The translations under genes and the position numbers were made by a program. The notes below the pieces were generated by a model. That model saw nothing but the letters and a program-made list of their open reading frames with translations. It made no database searches and was not told the origin of the DNA. Shown one piece after another: positions 50,581-64,000 of a stretch of 64,000 nt of DNA. The stretch's first letter is position 1. The number at the start of each line of letters is the position of its first letter. The DNA lies in the NCBI GenBank assembly GCA_977030845.1, contig OZ365113.1, positions 32,612,001 through 32,676,000 of the forward strand, read 5' to 3'. The DNA is from Fimbriosthenelais zetlandica (lineage: Eukaryota).

Positions 50581-53500
50581 ACTCCAGGATAAAAAGACTA
50601 ATCATTATTGCTGTTTGAACATTGATTTAGCTGGCGAATGCTGGGAGAAGAATATGGCAACTCATCTCTACTAATCGAAGCCGGGGCCGATGAAGGAGTA
50701 GAGAGAAGCCTAAGGAAGCTAACAATTTACATAACACTGTCCCTTCCATCTTTATCTAAGAATAATGCCTCACGGGGTTTACATAAAACACATGAAGCAT
50801 CTTTGTTTGGATTGGGGACTGATCCAGCTGAATCGCCTCTCCCTCCCGGCACGCAACAGGGCTTGGTGACAAAACATCGTCCGCTCCTCCGGAAAACACA
50901 TTTCAGTTCCTTATCATAAAACAATTATTAGCTTGTACACGAGGCTTCAGCCCTAATAGCTTTGAATCCAGCCTGAGGATCTTTTCTCTTCCAACTCTTT
51001 TGGGTCGGGGCTGTACCTAGCTAAAATATTCATTGATAATTGTTTAGGAGAAAGGAAACGTTGAGGTCTTTAGGTAGAGGCGTGGTCTTGGTCCAGTGAA
51101 ATGATCACTTCCCACCTGAGAGTAGGGAGTATAATTGGACTTCTACCGTGATATGTTTTAAGGATCAGAGAGTCCGGGACTATATTGGCAACCGTCTAAA
51201 TATAGACAATCTATATTTGTATCATAGCAAATAACTCATTAAAAGACTACACCAGGCTTTGTGAGCAGTGTGGACATGTCTGGCCTTTCATTGTGTCATG
51301 GATATCTGCTTATTCAGCCTTTGCCTCAGCTGAGAAACCACATTTTCACTGGCTATGTGTAAGCAATGAAAAATGTTACCTGTAATGCAAGACACGGTAA
51401 GCATTCCTTAATTCATAACATTTCAATGGAGTGAACTTTAAGATTGAGTGGCTTAGATTTGGTATTATGTCTATTAAAAGCAGGGTGATGGAAGGCATAT
51501 CAGATATAAGGTCATTCGTCTCCCCTGATGAAAAACATTATTGGTGGTCCAGCATTCTATAAATAGAATTGTCAGTGGAGATATTCTGGGTTAGTTATTT
51601 GATTAGAAGTATCTCCACGAACACGCCATGATACGGTATCTCTGGTAAGGATTTATGTGTGAAAGTACATCATTAATTCATGGAGAGACGTGGAAACATA
51701 AATAATTGATATCCAGAACAAATAGCAGTAATATGGACACTCGAGGCTAATCTCTGTTCAGCTAGATGGCCTTTTTTTATATCAATGACCAGATTAACCA
51801 TAACCATGGTGCATTTAACAGGCGACCTTCAGTCATAAAGAGCCTCTCACCAAGGAATATGCATCGATAAGAGATAAATGACCTCGATGAAAGCTTATTC
51901 ATAGATTGTCATATCCAACTCAGGCCAGCTCCTCACTCCGTTTTAATCGGAGACTTGGTCATTCATTCTGCCTTCACGATGAGTTAAAAAGAAGGCAGAA
52001 GAGTGCAAATATTCACTTCAGTGACGAGTGGAATATTCTAATAACAAAAAGTAGTAACAGGTTTCCTCCATTGCCATGTCTTTCGAAGGAAAATCAAAAC
52101 CCTGAGTGTCCTTTCACAGTGAAATATATATTTCTTCCGCTGGTCTGCTTTTTATGTGACCTAAAATGATATATGATGCATTGCCCCTGACCTGAAGATT
52201 CATCACAGAGACATGTAAATCTCGAAGTTGTATAAGAAGTAAGAAACATGAATTGATATGTGTAGGAGGCACAAGTGTCAGAGTGTTCTGTTAGAAATAC
52301 AAGTACAGTCAGTGATACATGGAGTAGACATTAAAAACTTACATCATCAGCTCCCTCTAGGATCTCAATCGATCATGATCTAAGTGAACGTTGGCTGAAC
52401 TGAAGAAAGTCACCGCTTGTGAGTGGGGGCGTGGTGAATAAAGGCAAGTAAAATGGATCATCTGAAGGTAAAATGCAGGTGGAGAAATAAGTAGAGGGGA
52501 GAAATGAAAGCGTACAATATGAAACCCTTTCCTGTCCTTTATCATGACAAGTTAGCTGAAACTATCTGAGTTTGATATGTGAAAGTCATATTGGAAATGA
52601 CCCTCATAAAATACTGTAACATACAAAATGGTAAAAAACTTGCAGTGTGCCCTGATATGAATTTATAAAAGCCTGGAAGTTGTCCTGCTTAGACTACTTA
52701 CTACATTCAGGGTGTTCAGATTTCCAGAGAAAATGCGTTAACAGAAAAAGGACAAATCTCATCTGAGCAATCCCTGATTTTAATACATGTTAGTTTAAGA
52801 AATGACAAGCCCAGGGTAACATTGATTCTGTACGTGTCTCTCCGACTAGTCAAGCAGATACTATGCAAATGCTTACTCTATAACTCTCCGCGGAGGGCGT
52901 CCACCTCATCCCTTCCTCCGTCCCTACGTCATTTCCCTCATGTTTAAACCTGATGGGACTGGAAAGACAACTTTGGACACGTGGCAGCGAGAGGCAGAGG
53001 GCGTAGAGCAGGCAGACCAGGGACTCGTATCAATTTGCCTTTCATTTCGGAACATCTCAGTTCCTCACGACCATATTGCCTATTGAGTTGTATTGACACA
53101 TGAGAGTCTTGGTTCGCCTCCTGTAACTTCTCCTCACGGTTGACTCGAAGCTTTTGCCAGCTTCATCAGGATACCAATCACATGCCATGATTGAGAAAAA
53201 TACAACTTCTCCTGCTGGTTCAACCTCTAGATACACATCCCCTTCTTCAACTTTGCAAATAGTCCGAAGTTTATTAAGACTCGAGTTTAATGAAGCTGCA
53301 CAAATCAGAGATTGAATAATGTGTATCTGTCGGTTCCTCGCAGTTCAGGGATTATGAAGATCCAGAACATGTTAAAAACCATGCAGATTCGCATTCAAAA
53401 TTGCCTGTGTAGATACTGATACTGTTTGAAGTTGAAATGACAAGGTTGAAACCTGTACTAGATTTGTTTTTAATTTGTCCTGAAATGAGCATAAATATTG

Positions 53501-56500
53501 AAGTACCCAGTTGGAGACTAAGCGATTAGAGCAAGGAATGCTATTACATGAAGCATTAATGGCGTTTCATTGCACAAATTCAAAAGGAAAGTAGGCTTTC
53601 CGTAGCAATGCAAAGACAGGCAATTCAAACTGCTTTCCCCCTTTATGCATCGTAACTGCTGATAAGCTACTCAGGCTGCTACATAATAATTTTCCTTAAT
53701 ATAAAGGTTGCGAGCGGAGGACGAGTTATTGTCATGGAATGTGAACTTCTCATTTCTTGTGGGGATATAGAGAATCACATCATCAGATATTCCGAGCTGG
53801 CATGATATTTGTATGCACCCGTGGAATGCTCCATTAATCCTTCTGCTTGCTAATAAATCCCTCCTTCCCAAAGGGAAACCTCTTAAATTAGCATGCACAG
53901 TTATTTTCTTTGTCTCATAATTCCCTTAGGGCAGGACAAGCAACATTACTATTCAGGAGAATCCAAGGCTTTTTTTATTTTCCAAATGCCGTAATTCAGT
54001 GAAGCCTCCGGTCCTTCCAAGATTCTTAAGTCAATATAGAAAGACGGGAGTACACTGAGGCGATTTACCTCTCATCTGATTGCCTGGCTGGTGTACATCC
54101 AAACGATTAAAACCGGGTGTTTTAAATTGAAAGCATTCATTTGGCATTCGATGTCCAAATGGTACAAAGTGATGAAATTGAGTTTTCCGTTACCGATATT
54201 AAACTTATGGTAATACAGTTCAGTGCAGCCCAGGTTGAAGATCCTGAGAGAATGCATAGCAGTTTTGATCCACTTTGTATGCTGCTAGTGCAAAGTATAG
54301 TTTGATTAGAAAGGATAATATAAAGAAAGTATCACTGATTTTTACAGTACATCCACATAAATGGATATTAAAAGCTCAGTCTCTTTCTAACGCTCTTCGG
54401 ATTAATTGGATATTGAAAAAAACAAACCAATCTGAAGATATAAAAGTATTGGAGGCTCATCCGTATTTACATTTTTAATAATCACTGGGAAGAAAGGGAT
54501 TTACAGTGGAAAAACTCGAAAAGGAGATGTGGTTGCAATTAGATATCCATAAAACCTTTGTCGATAAGAAGAAATGTAGGCTGCCTTGCCAAGTGTGACT
54601 CTGTAATTAGAAAAATGCCAGTGGATTGGATGTTACAAAGGAAAAGCCATGGTTTTGATATTACATTCTCCCCTGCCTCTCTCTCTCTGTTCCTGCCCAC
54701 ACCCTGAGTACCATTGAGTAATAACATCAAGTAATACTTCCCATAAGAGCACTCTTGAAGTCTGGAGGCACAGTCAACATTTCCTCTTTTTTCATCTAGT
54801 CTCAAATAGTGGGCGATATTGAGTGCAGTGGTTATAAGGTGAGGGAGCCACGGGCACAGGTGATTACAACATGGAGTAGCACTAAACCGGGGGGACACTA
54901 AAGCGATTCTCCACCCTTAAAAAATCAATTGAGTTGTGCTGAGAAAGTTCAAATTTCATCAGTTGGTTCCTATTGATCATATTGGATGTCATCTGAAATA
55001 TTTCCGGTCATTGATTTTAATTTTAACGTCATAACGTGTCCAACCTTTGGTGGTAGCATCATTGCCTTAGTGCCAACATCCCCATAAATGATTTTGCAAT
55101 GAAGGCCAGCTTTTTATAGTGACATCTGATGTCCCTGTCAAGTCGACAATCACAGAGTGCTGGTTGCCAGCGTCCATGCTAGATGATTGATACCCAGAGC
55201 AAATGGAGAGGAACTCAATCAGGCTCATATTTAGCTCGCTCATCGCTTGTTGGAACTATATCTTTCCTAAACATGTCTGATCCTGTCCCCAGGGTACTTT
55301 ACTTCCCTTCCCTCATCATACTCCCATCACTGTCCCTCAGTAGCCTTCCCTCCACAGCTCTTCCCTTGCTCCAGAAAGGGCAGTCCAGAAGAGTGTATGG
55401 TTGAACTGGAAACCCGAGTACTCGGATGCTTGTGGATGAAGTAACCATTGCCCATGCGAAGCAGACTCTGGTGAGAGCAATCAAGCATACCAAATTGCCA
55501 GGGCTATACATTAGGCGCAGCAGTGCCAAAGCATCTTTAATTTACAGATAGTAATTTCTTCACCAGTACCAACACCAGCAATGCTATCGCTTTCCTCCCT
55601 GAGGTCCATCCCATTCATCCCTTTACATATCCCCGTCCTGTGGAAACTGAGCTATTGGATTCTTCACCATTTCTCTATCACCAAAGATGCCTGTAGACTA
55701 TAGTCTTCTTGATGCATCTAAGCATCTAATCAGATGTGGTCACTTTATCACCTATCCTGAATAACTAACGAAAATAACACTTAAGCTCACTTATTTGAGG
55801 TGAATACACGTACATTTTTCATATTTTTGAGAATGTATTTAGGCCTATAATGCCCCTAGCAAGCTACGTCCATATGATATGGCTTGTTGGGTCATGCGTC
55901 TAAGTCGGGAAGCATCAACAGTATTAATGCTCGAGCCTAGCTAGGACATGCTGCACATGTGATCAATTGGAAAGCATTTCCTCATCCATGAAAAGGCTGA
56001 CGAGCAGTTGGAGGTCTTGAAATATTCATCATCTCTGTGCCTTTAACCAACTCTGGGTATTATTTTCGCCGTCATTACCAGTCCTTGATGTTGAGGCAAG
56101 TAATGTTCATGCACAAGCTCCTTCCTGTTCTTGGGCTAGGCTTAGATATGACCCCATCAACATTTCTATCACTTCCCTCGTGATCCCCCAGAGGACATAA
56201 AACAAAGACTTTTGTCCCAGGCCAGTAGAGGCCTACTGTGAAAAAAGATATCCCACATACCCATCTTCATATATATATATGCAGAACCCACATTCCCGTT
56301 CAGGCCGAACCATTGAATTTGTATGGTTTCATACTTTATGAAATATGGGATGAAGGGAGTTATATTTTTCTGCAAATCGAGGGTGATTATAAACAGACCA
56401 ATTATGGGGTCGATGACATTGCCTTAAAAGAAGAAAGAGAAATCAATAATTATGCCCTTATTTCAAATACCAGCCCTTGTGTGATCACGCTCTGTACAAA

Positions 56501-59500
56501 AGCAAACTTTCCATAGCAATTTAACACCATTAGGTTATATTTTATGTAAAAGGATATTCCCTGGTCCGTGTAGCATCTGAGGCAGCAGCGAAAGAAAGTA
56601 ATTAATACCTCATATTGTTGGTAAAAAAGATGAAAATGAGGGAAGGAAATAAATAAAATGTGGGTCATTTCAAGTAAATGCGTACAAATAGATTGCTTCT
56701 TTGAACACAGGAGACAACATTGAGTTGAAATTATCTGACTATAAAATTTGTACATTTTTAGACCTACAGTCACTTAGTCGTGGCATTTGGCTTTCTGCTT
56801 GAAAAACTGATAAACGCTTACAAATACAGATTATATGGACCACATAAGGCCATCTTAACTGCTGTTTAAAATAGAGCCAAGCTTGGAGAGAATACGTTAA
56901 AGATCTTTAAGACATGAGAAAATATTTAAAAACTTTACAAGTAATCAAGCAGAACTGGAGTGTTGAACGGTTCCCAGGCAGTTTGCTGATCAAACAGGGG
57001 AAGTGGGCCATGAGAGGGAAGGGGTTCTGTGTTCTGAGGTCATTGAATAAATATTACATCAGTCTTTCTGTCTCCAACATAACTCACTCTTACATCAGAC
57101 TCAGGTTTGGCTTTGCGGCAAAACATTTAGAACAAATTGGTACAGCCCTCTGGGCCTTGCCTCATCCCCTCCTTGCCTTAAGAATGTTATGCCAGGAGAA
57201 AAAATTTGAGGTATGGCCAACATAAAGACGACACCTACAAAAGGGCACTTTGGTCGCTCATGTTTTAACACAGCCTTCCTGTTACAATGTTATAAATGCC
57301 TTGTGATGTGGCTCATCAGGTAAACAAATGCCAAAACTATAGGCCTTTGGATCTCATTTTTGTATCGGAAGTTATCAATCGTACGTTATATCAAATGTTT
57401 TGAAATTTCAAACGGTTGATAGGAACCTGTTACAAAAATGTGATACTTCATTTTAACTGTGATACTTTATTCCTATACCAATTACTTCTGTCATTGTCAA
57501 AAGCTAATATCACAGCCATTTGGACGGGTGGGGTCGGGTGGTGGCTAAATCTAGAATTGTTATATGAATCAGCAATCTCCCTATACATTTCCTATCATGT
57601 TCTCGATGTACAGTATATAGGAATATATTGTCAGAAAGAATATGACCTCGGTTTTTGACCACTTTATTGGTCAACCAAGCAACCTGGGGCCTATTGTAGA
57701 ACAACCATTATCAATATTAAGTCTATGGGAAATGTTTGCACTGAAACGGGCCCCAGAACACTGCCATTCAAATAGGTTTGTTGCAGTAATAATGTCCTCA
57801 TTACTCATCTGTTCTTATGCGAATTAAAGGTTTGAACAAACATCATTACCAAGTAGTTCATGCATTTGCGGCTCCAATTTGCATTTCATATTTATGTGTT
57901 GCACATATGCATTGAGATAACAAGAATTCACGCTTGTGTGTTGATTGTGGTAATTCTTCCTTGGCCCTCACGCATATCTTATTGTTCTTACCAATTTCTG
58001 TGCAAAAACAGAGCATTTTGACTGAAAGCCTCTTCATATCCAGGACAAGAGAATCCAATTAGGTTAATTAAAATCAATCAAGTAATTTGTCATGAAAAAA
58101 CTCGGGGGACTACTGTGGAGAGAGAGACATCTTTTTATAGATGAAAACAAAATTTTAAGTAACGATTTTCCGTAAATGTGATCAAGATGGTTTCCATAGA
58201 AAACATGGCAAGGACTGGTCTTTTCAATTTTTTAAAAGGAGAAGGAAGACTGAAAATTCACAAGCTATTCTTGATGGCAGTTCTGTGTAATATTCCCAAA
58301 CAATATCGTAAAATCTGATGGCATTGATGCATGGGGAGATTTGATTGAAGATCTACGATTTCTTTTGCAACTAATGGTGAATGTCATCTCCAAATATTAT
58401 ATTTCTCATCAATGTGTTTTGAAATATCATTCAAAGAAACATTCTACGATAGGAAAAGGAAACCATATTACCATAAATAACACTTACGCAAGCAGTCAAT
58501 TACACATTTTAAACTCGGTGATATTATATTTCCATTTTTTTTATTTTCAATTTGATGTTGAAGTCCATCAATGCAAATTAGTTACAATGCAAAAATACAG
58601 ACAACATTATGTGTGCATGCCATGCGTCCATAAAAGAAGCTCGTGGAGAGGAGCTTATTTCCCTAGTATTGTACAAACATTCTCCTAATTGCATTGTCCG
58701 CAATACGCTACTCTCTGTATCTTCTCTTAAAGATCCTATTCTTTTGGTGGAACCAATACAATCCGATGTTGAGTCCCGTGGTTAATAACTTAAGATATCA
58801 TGTTCATTACTCATATCATGCTAATGGTCTATGTTTTAGCAGTTCCTTTGTGATTAATGGGATGCTGTATCCTTGTTATATATATAGTTTAAAAAAGCCA
58901 ATATTCTACCTCATTAAGGATCGCTTATTTTCTTGACTGGTCATATAATAATAATTGCTTTTCATATTTTACTTAACTAATATACATTTATCATGATACA
59001 TATACATATATATATGTTTCTGTTACCCAATATGACAACTCCGGTTGCTTGAACTCAGGTTTTTGAAAAATATTTTTTGGGTAAAGTACATCAAATCGAT
59101 TTAAATGAAAGTTAATATATTATTTATGGAAGAAACATTTGTCGTGCCTGTCATTTAGTGCAAGATGGAAATTAAGTTTTCCCTTCTTATATTGTGTTGC
59201 TATACATTTGTGTACACCGTATGCATTGGCATTGCATGTGCGCACAGACATTGCATGTATATCATTCAGCTGCCATATGCGTACTGCTACATTTGATCCC
59301 TCATGTCTGTTTGCTCATATATAAATATACCTCGGAGCTGATGTCTATCTTCCATTTCGCTTTAACCTACATATTGGACACGTGCTTTCTCTACCCCAGA
59401 CAATGTTGCTGCGAGCACGCTCCTGTCTTAAAAAAAGACAGAATGAAGCGAAGAAAGCGCCCACTTCTTATCCCTCGCCGCCACCTCCTTCTCCCCACCG

Positions 59501-62063
59501 TGCTGACCTTACTGCTTGCCGGGAAATCTGGGAACGCTTCCCAAAACAATCTCAAGCCTGGGGGAAATACTACTACTGATGCTGTCTTCATATCTTCATG
59601 GGGCCTGCTTCCCTGAGCTAGCTGTGGAAAGAAAGAAAGCCAGGGGGGGAAAGCCACCTCCGTCCCACAGCCACCACCCCTTGTTTACCTTGCCAGACAA
59701 GCCATGATTCCACCCCACTCTCACCACTCGTTCACACACACAAGCCAACTGCATGTTACACACGGCAGATAAACATTATGAGAACCATTCCATCAGAGCT
59801 TAACACCTCGTCCAGCTAAAATCTTTATCTTGCTCAGGAACAGGGTTCAGGTTGAGGAGAAAATAAACTGAAGATAACTGAGAATACACACAGATGTAGT
59901 TCAGCTTTGCATGTCCGGGCACACACCATTAATCTCAAGTTACAAGTCTGTCGCTCACCTTTTTCTGAATTCTTCGTGGGACATAGAAATTGATTTTTTT
60001 TTTAAATCTCCAGAATGATGGGAGCTGCATTACTGTGACTTACTTTCAAACTAGAAATGCTTACAGGTATATATGATGAATTTCATGCACTATAATACCG
60101 TACCAACCTATACCAGTGCATCATAATGATATAGATTTATATCAGAATAAGCACAGCCTGATGCACTGAGGAGGCAATACATTGTTGCCTCTTATTGTGG
60201 ATGTTTGCTGACTTACAAATAAAGCCATTGACAAGACATTACGAGCTGCTCATTTGCTCTCATAGCTGTGGAAGTCTGTGGTGAAGAATATGGAACATGA
60301 ACTTTATCTGGTCACGAACCCGGATTTTCGCTTGCAAGAAAGTTTGAACCGACTGGAAATGTGGGAGTGCAATGAACTGTAAAGTTTTTCAAGACCATAT
60401 GTTGGATTCAGCAACACATGGATCCCATGGCCAACTTGCCATTTCTTCTTAAGAGCTAATTGTGAATGTATTTTCAGCCAACCCTTCAGTGCACTCGTTT
60501 ATTTTATGCCTTCAGTGCCACATATATACCCCAGGCTCAGTCTTCCCAAACCTAGTTTGTTTATCAGGGGTTAAATTGTACAACTAGGCTCAAGAGACAC
60601 TTGCCAGTTTCTCATCCTCTTTTCAACGAGGTGTTAAGGGTTTCCCTCGCTTCCTGAAATATCCCTCAAGAGACATTTCCTTCAATTTTCGATATGCTTC
60701 TTCAGTAAAAATGGATGATTTCAAGGGAAGAATATTTGTCTAGCGTTATATTTTATTTCGTAAGGTTTGTTATGTGATGCTTTTAATAAAAGTGAGCTGG
60801 GCTGCAAGGAAACAGCTCGCATCGCAATAACATTCTGATGGTGAGAAGTTTTATTAATCGAATGATCAGGGGAAGATGCCATTACAGAATTTAAACCTTG
60901 AATAGGCAGTAAAATTGAACAGGCCATTCTTCTATCAGAGTTCCATCAGACAGCCCTGATGGGGGCCCATCTTCCGCGTGTGAAAATTCCCTGGAATAAT
61001 CCAGACCCCAATGACACCCTTTGATCTGAGAAGAGGGGACTAGGAGGTAATGAACCCTGGCTCCTGTCTTTTGTATACTCAAGAACACATCAAACGGGTC
61101 TGTTCTTGAATGAACACCATGGTTTCACCACTGCCTCCTTGTTTATTTATGACCCCTGATAACGTTTATCTCGTATCTTCTGAAGCTTCCATTTCTCCCC
61201 AACGAATACAAAGGAAGTTGTTGACGCGAGCTGGTGTAGCAGAGGTTACCCTGGAATATTGAATGGCCCCAAGGAGAATGTTTAATAGTAAAAGAACTAA
61301 TAATGAATGGCAAAACAGGGAAGTACGTGCTATTACTTTAATCATTTTGTTCAAGGTCATACAATGCATTTTTATCAGCGAGAAGCAAGAATTTCTTTGA
61401 CCAAAGTTCATCGAATAAATTTAGAAACAGAATCAGGCATGGGGATCTCTGGACAAATTATGATATCCGTGTTTTTAATATCCCGATCGACGCAGGAAAA
61501 TACCATCTATAAAGGTTTTAAACCAGAATGCAAATAACCTTCACCATCTGTTGTTACGGACATGCAGGTATCTAACCAGCCATTCTTTACTTATTTCCTT
61601 GAAGTACAGAGCAAATATGACGAAGAAACCTGCATACTTTCGTTCATGGCCAAAATTTCCTTAGGGGATGGAATAAGTCAGCCAATATTCTGCATGGATA
61701 GATAAAAAAAAGTCACTTTTGCTGGCTGTATGAGTCCTCTGCCTGTCGTAACTTACATGAACACCGGCCTCAAGTGTCCTTCACCTCCCTTTATTTTCAC
61801 TGAGCATTCAAAAGTGCTTTCTGCTGCACGCACCATTGGAGCTCGTGGAATGAGAAGTGCATTGGAAGGATGTGAGTGGCAAATGCCGGGACTCTATCCG
61901 GCCACTTGCTTCTTGGGCCTACAGGACCACCCGAACCTGCAGGGGGCTACTTGACAGCACCCACAACCATGAGAGTGTGTGTGCACATTAGTGGCAGAAG
62001 AAATGCCCCGAGTAGCATTAAGTATTGGAGGTAAAGCCAACCGGCCCTTCTTGGTGGGGTGCA

Positions 62064-62414
62064 TTACCAGAGAATTATAAATGTGCTCCAATGTTTGGGC
62101 TTGTTGGGAGACGGCAAGCTGCCTTGCTGTGCGGTGCGGTGCTCGACCAATTGTTTTATGATGGAATTAGCCTGGCAACGAGTGGAAGTCCTGAAAGGAT
62201 GTGAAATACGTCTGCCATAGGTCTCCCCAACTTCCAGCAACCAGAGAGAATTACATTTATTCTCAATTTGTTGGGAATTACCAAATTCTTTCACGTTAAA
62301 TCTATGTAATTGAGCCAATATTGGCTGTGGCCTTGGGGAGGACTCTATATAGTCCACCTGGGACTTGTCCCACTGGGCGCTTATGGATGTCATGCCCAGA
62401 CATTTCCGAATCAT
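62064..62414 (-). mobile_element. Decayed RTE-like LINE 3' fragment
   Basis: RKCLGMTSISAQWDK (RCLRxILxIxWxDK) and LLEVGETYGRR (LLYGELxxGxR). Confidence 0.35.
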
Positions 62415-64000
62415 CTTAATTGTCTAAATTGACTTCCTTTTCTTTTTATGAACTGGTCGTGCTTACTTGTAAAGCGGAATGTCACTTGGCTGGTGGGTTC
62501 TTTGTGCGGCAGATCTGTCTTTCTTCCTTAGCGGCATTCTTCATGCAAGGATTTGCTTTACACCCCATATGAACGTAGACCAATTTAATTTTCTTATTCA
62601 CTACTGCCGCCTTTCCCCTAATCCCAGAAGCCACCTACCTCTTCTTGGTTTCTGTGTCAAGTATTATTTCTCAATTTCCAAGTATATCTATTTGTTGTGA
62701 TTGCGAAGATAAAAATTACATCCACTCTCGAACCCCATTATCTATTATTTTGCCTATAGATATTGTTTTAGAGTTGATTGCATTCCCAACTCATTATACA
62801 TTTAATGGGAGCTTGCATGAGAGATGGCCGTAAGAACTATGCAGTGCCAAGTCCTGCAGTTCCCCATAGGTATCTCTCTCATATAAGATTGATCCTTCTC
62901 TTCTCTAACATTGCTCCCACCGAGGAAAACCTATTGCAGGAAATAACCATTTCATGGTCTGTTATGTATATGCCGAGGTCAAGTGAATATGAAATGAACA
63001 TTCTCGAGACAAAATGTTGTGGTCCATTTAGGGCTATAAGCAAGAAAATCGTTGAAGGCCTTCAAATTTCTGTTAGGGAATTTGTCGGTTGACAGCTCTT
63101 AGTACTTGACACCTGCACTTGATTCTGGCCTCAAACTTTAATTACACAGAAGTCGTTTTTAAGCCAGTGACCCCTGCCATCTCCTAATATTAAGATATCA
63201 TAAAGCACTTGTCTTTATTCCACCCCTATAGTTCCTCCATGCACCATCCCCTGAAGCCATTATTCTTTCTGAAAAACTGCCTTCCTGGGTGTTAACCCAA
63301 AAGCCAATACAAGCCGCGGCTTCATGCGGGGACAATCTACTACCGATAAAATAGCTGTCACTCAGGCTGTAGCCCCCAATAAAGGCAGAAACCAAACCCA
63401 CATCTATCACATAACCCTAAAATTGCCCAGGATCTAAAAAAGAAATCCCGACAATGACACTTGAGCCATTTACACATGCGTCCCACGGACGTGACCCCAT
63501 TCTGGCAATCTATGTATCAGTGACCAGATCGGCATTAATATTCCTTCTATAAATTTCCTGCTGATTACTCGGGACCTGGGACCGGCTGCTGCCAGGTCAG
63601 AATCCACATAGGGAATGGCTAATCGGCCTGGCTTCAATCCTCACCTTACTCAGGGGTAGATCTGGGAGGGGGACCATTTTGACGGGGAGGCAGATGGATT
63701 TGACAGGAAAATGCAGACTGATTTGCCTGTTGGCTGGCTCAGTTGGTCGCGTGATCTAGAACATTGGGAGCAGATGCACAGGTTAATTCACCTATTTGTT
63801 TCTGAGAGGAGCCTGGTGGGAAAAAGGTGGAGAAAAAGGAGCAAATGAGTGGGCGATAAACGGTGCTTGTTCCGACAGCAATATAGGCCGTAAACAGGTC
63901 ACGCTTGAGCCTGCCAAGTGATGCTGTCTTGGAGAACTAAACTGGCGTTCACACGGCCATTCTCTCCCTGGCCCCGTTCCTAATAGGCAATTGGCTTCTT

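Noticed and set aside
56340-56440. IFLQIEGDYKQTNYGVDDIALKE, loosely like the end of a MAM domain
   Set aside because: No closing Cys, no convincing splice sites and no other MAM motifs nearby; probably chance.
63651-63690. CAGGGGTAGATCTGGGAGGGGG, similar to the end motif at 27819
   Set aside because: Same orientation, diverged and 36 kb away, so it cannot be the partner TIR.
16258-64000. Remaining 60-140 aa ORFs in the track
   Set aside because: Mostly non-ATG starts, no recognisable domains, and lengths expected by chance or overlapping transposon debris.
1-64000. CRISPR arrays, rRNA genes, operons
   Set aside because: None seen. The tandem repeats lack unique spacers, and the DNA is spliceosomal and eukaryotic.

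Overview
AT-rich eukaryotic DNA, probably from a marine invertebrate. An echinoderm or other invertebrate deuterostome is inferred from the invertebrate-type FAN N-terminus, the FKRP-like subfamily, TTAGGG-type repeats and TAGGCCTA richness. Two genes are well supported and lie head-to-head around a GC-rich promoter at about 11.6-11.9 kb. On the minus strand are four coding exons of an NSMAF/FAN homolog, missed by the ORF track and reconstructed here from splice sites and reading-frame phase; the rest of this gene lies beyond position 1. On the plus strand is a single-coding-exon FKRP-like (LicD-family) phosphotransferase with a likely start at 13216 (615 aa). In the remaining ~48 kb I found no recognisable protein-coding exon. 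That stretch holds heavily decayed non-LTR retrotransposons (RTE-, CR1/L2-, L1/Tx1- and R4/Dong-like), small tandem repeats and a telomere-like palindromic insert. The most unusual signals are: (1) a dense cluster of TAGGCCTA octamers and 16-20 bp palindromes built from them, flanking the shared promoter and recurring at a second promoter-like island near 16.0-16.5 kb; (2) a perfect four-tetrad G-quadruplex motif at the promoter centre; (3) an FKRP-like enzyme with Asp-to-Glu changes in its catalytic motifs and an extra C-terminal Cys/His module. All assignments were made by eye without database searches, and transposon boundaries are approximate. I found no evidence for a prokaryote-style system such as CRISPR or an operon.
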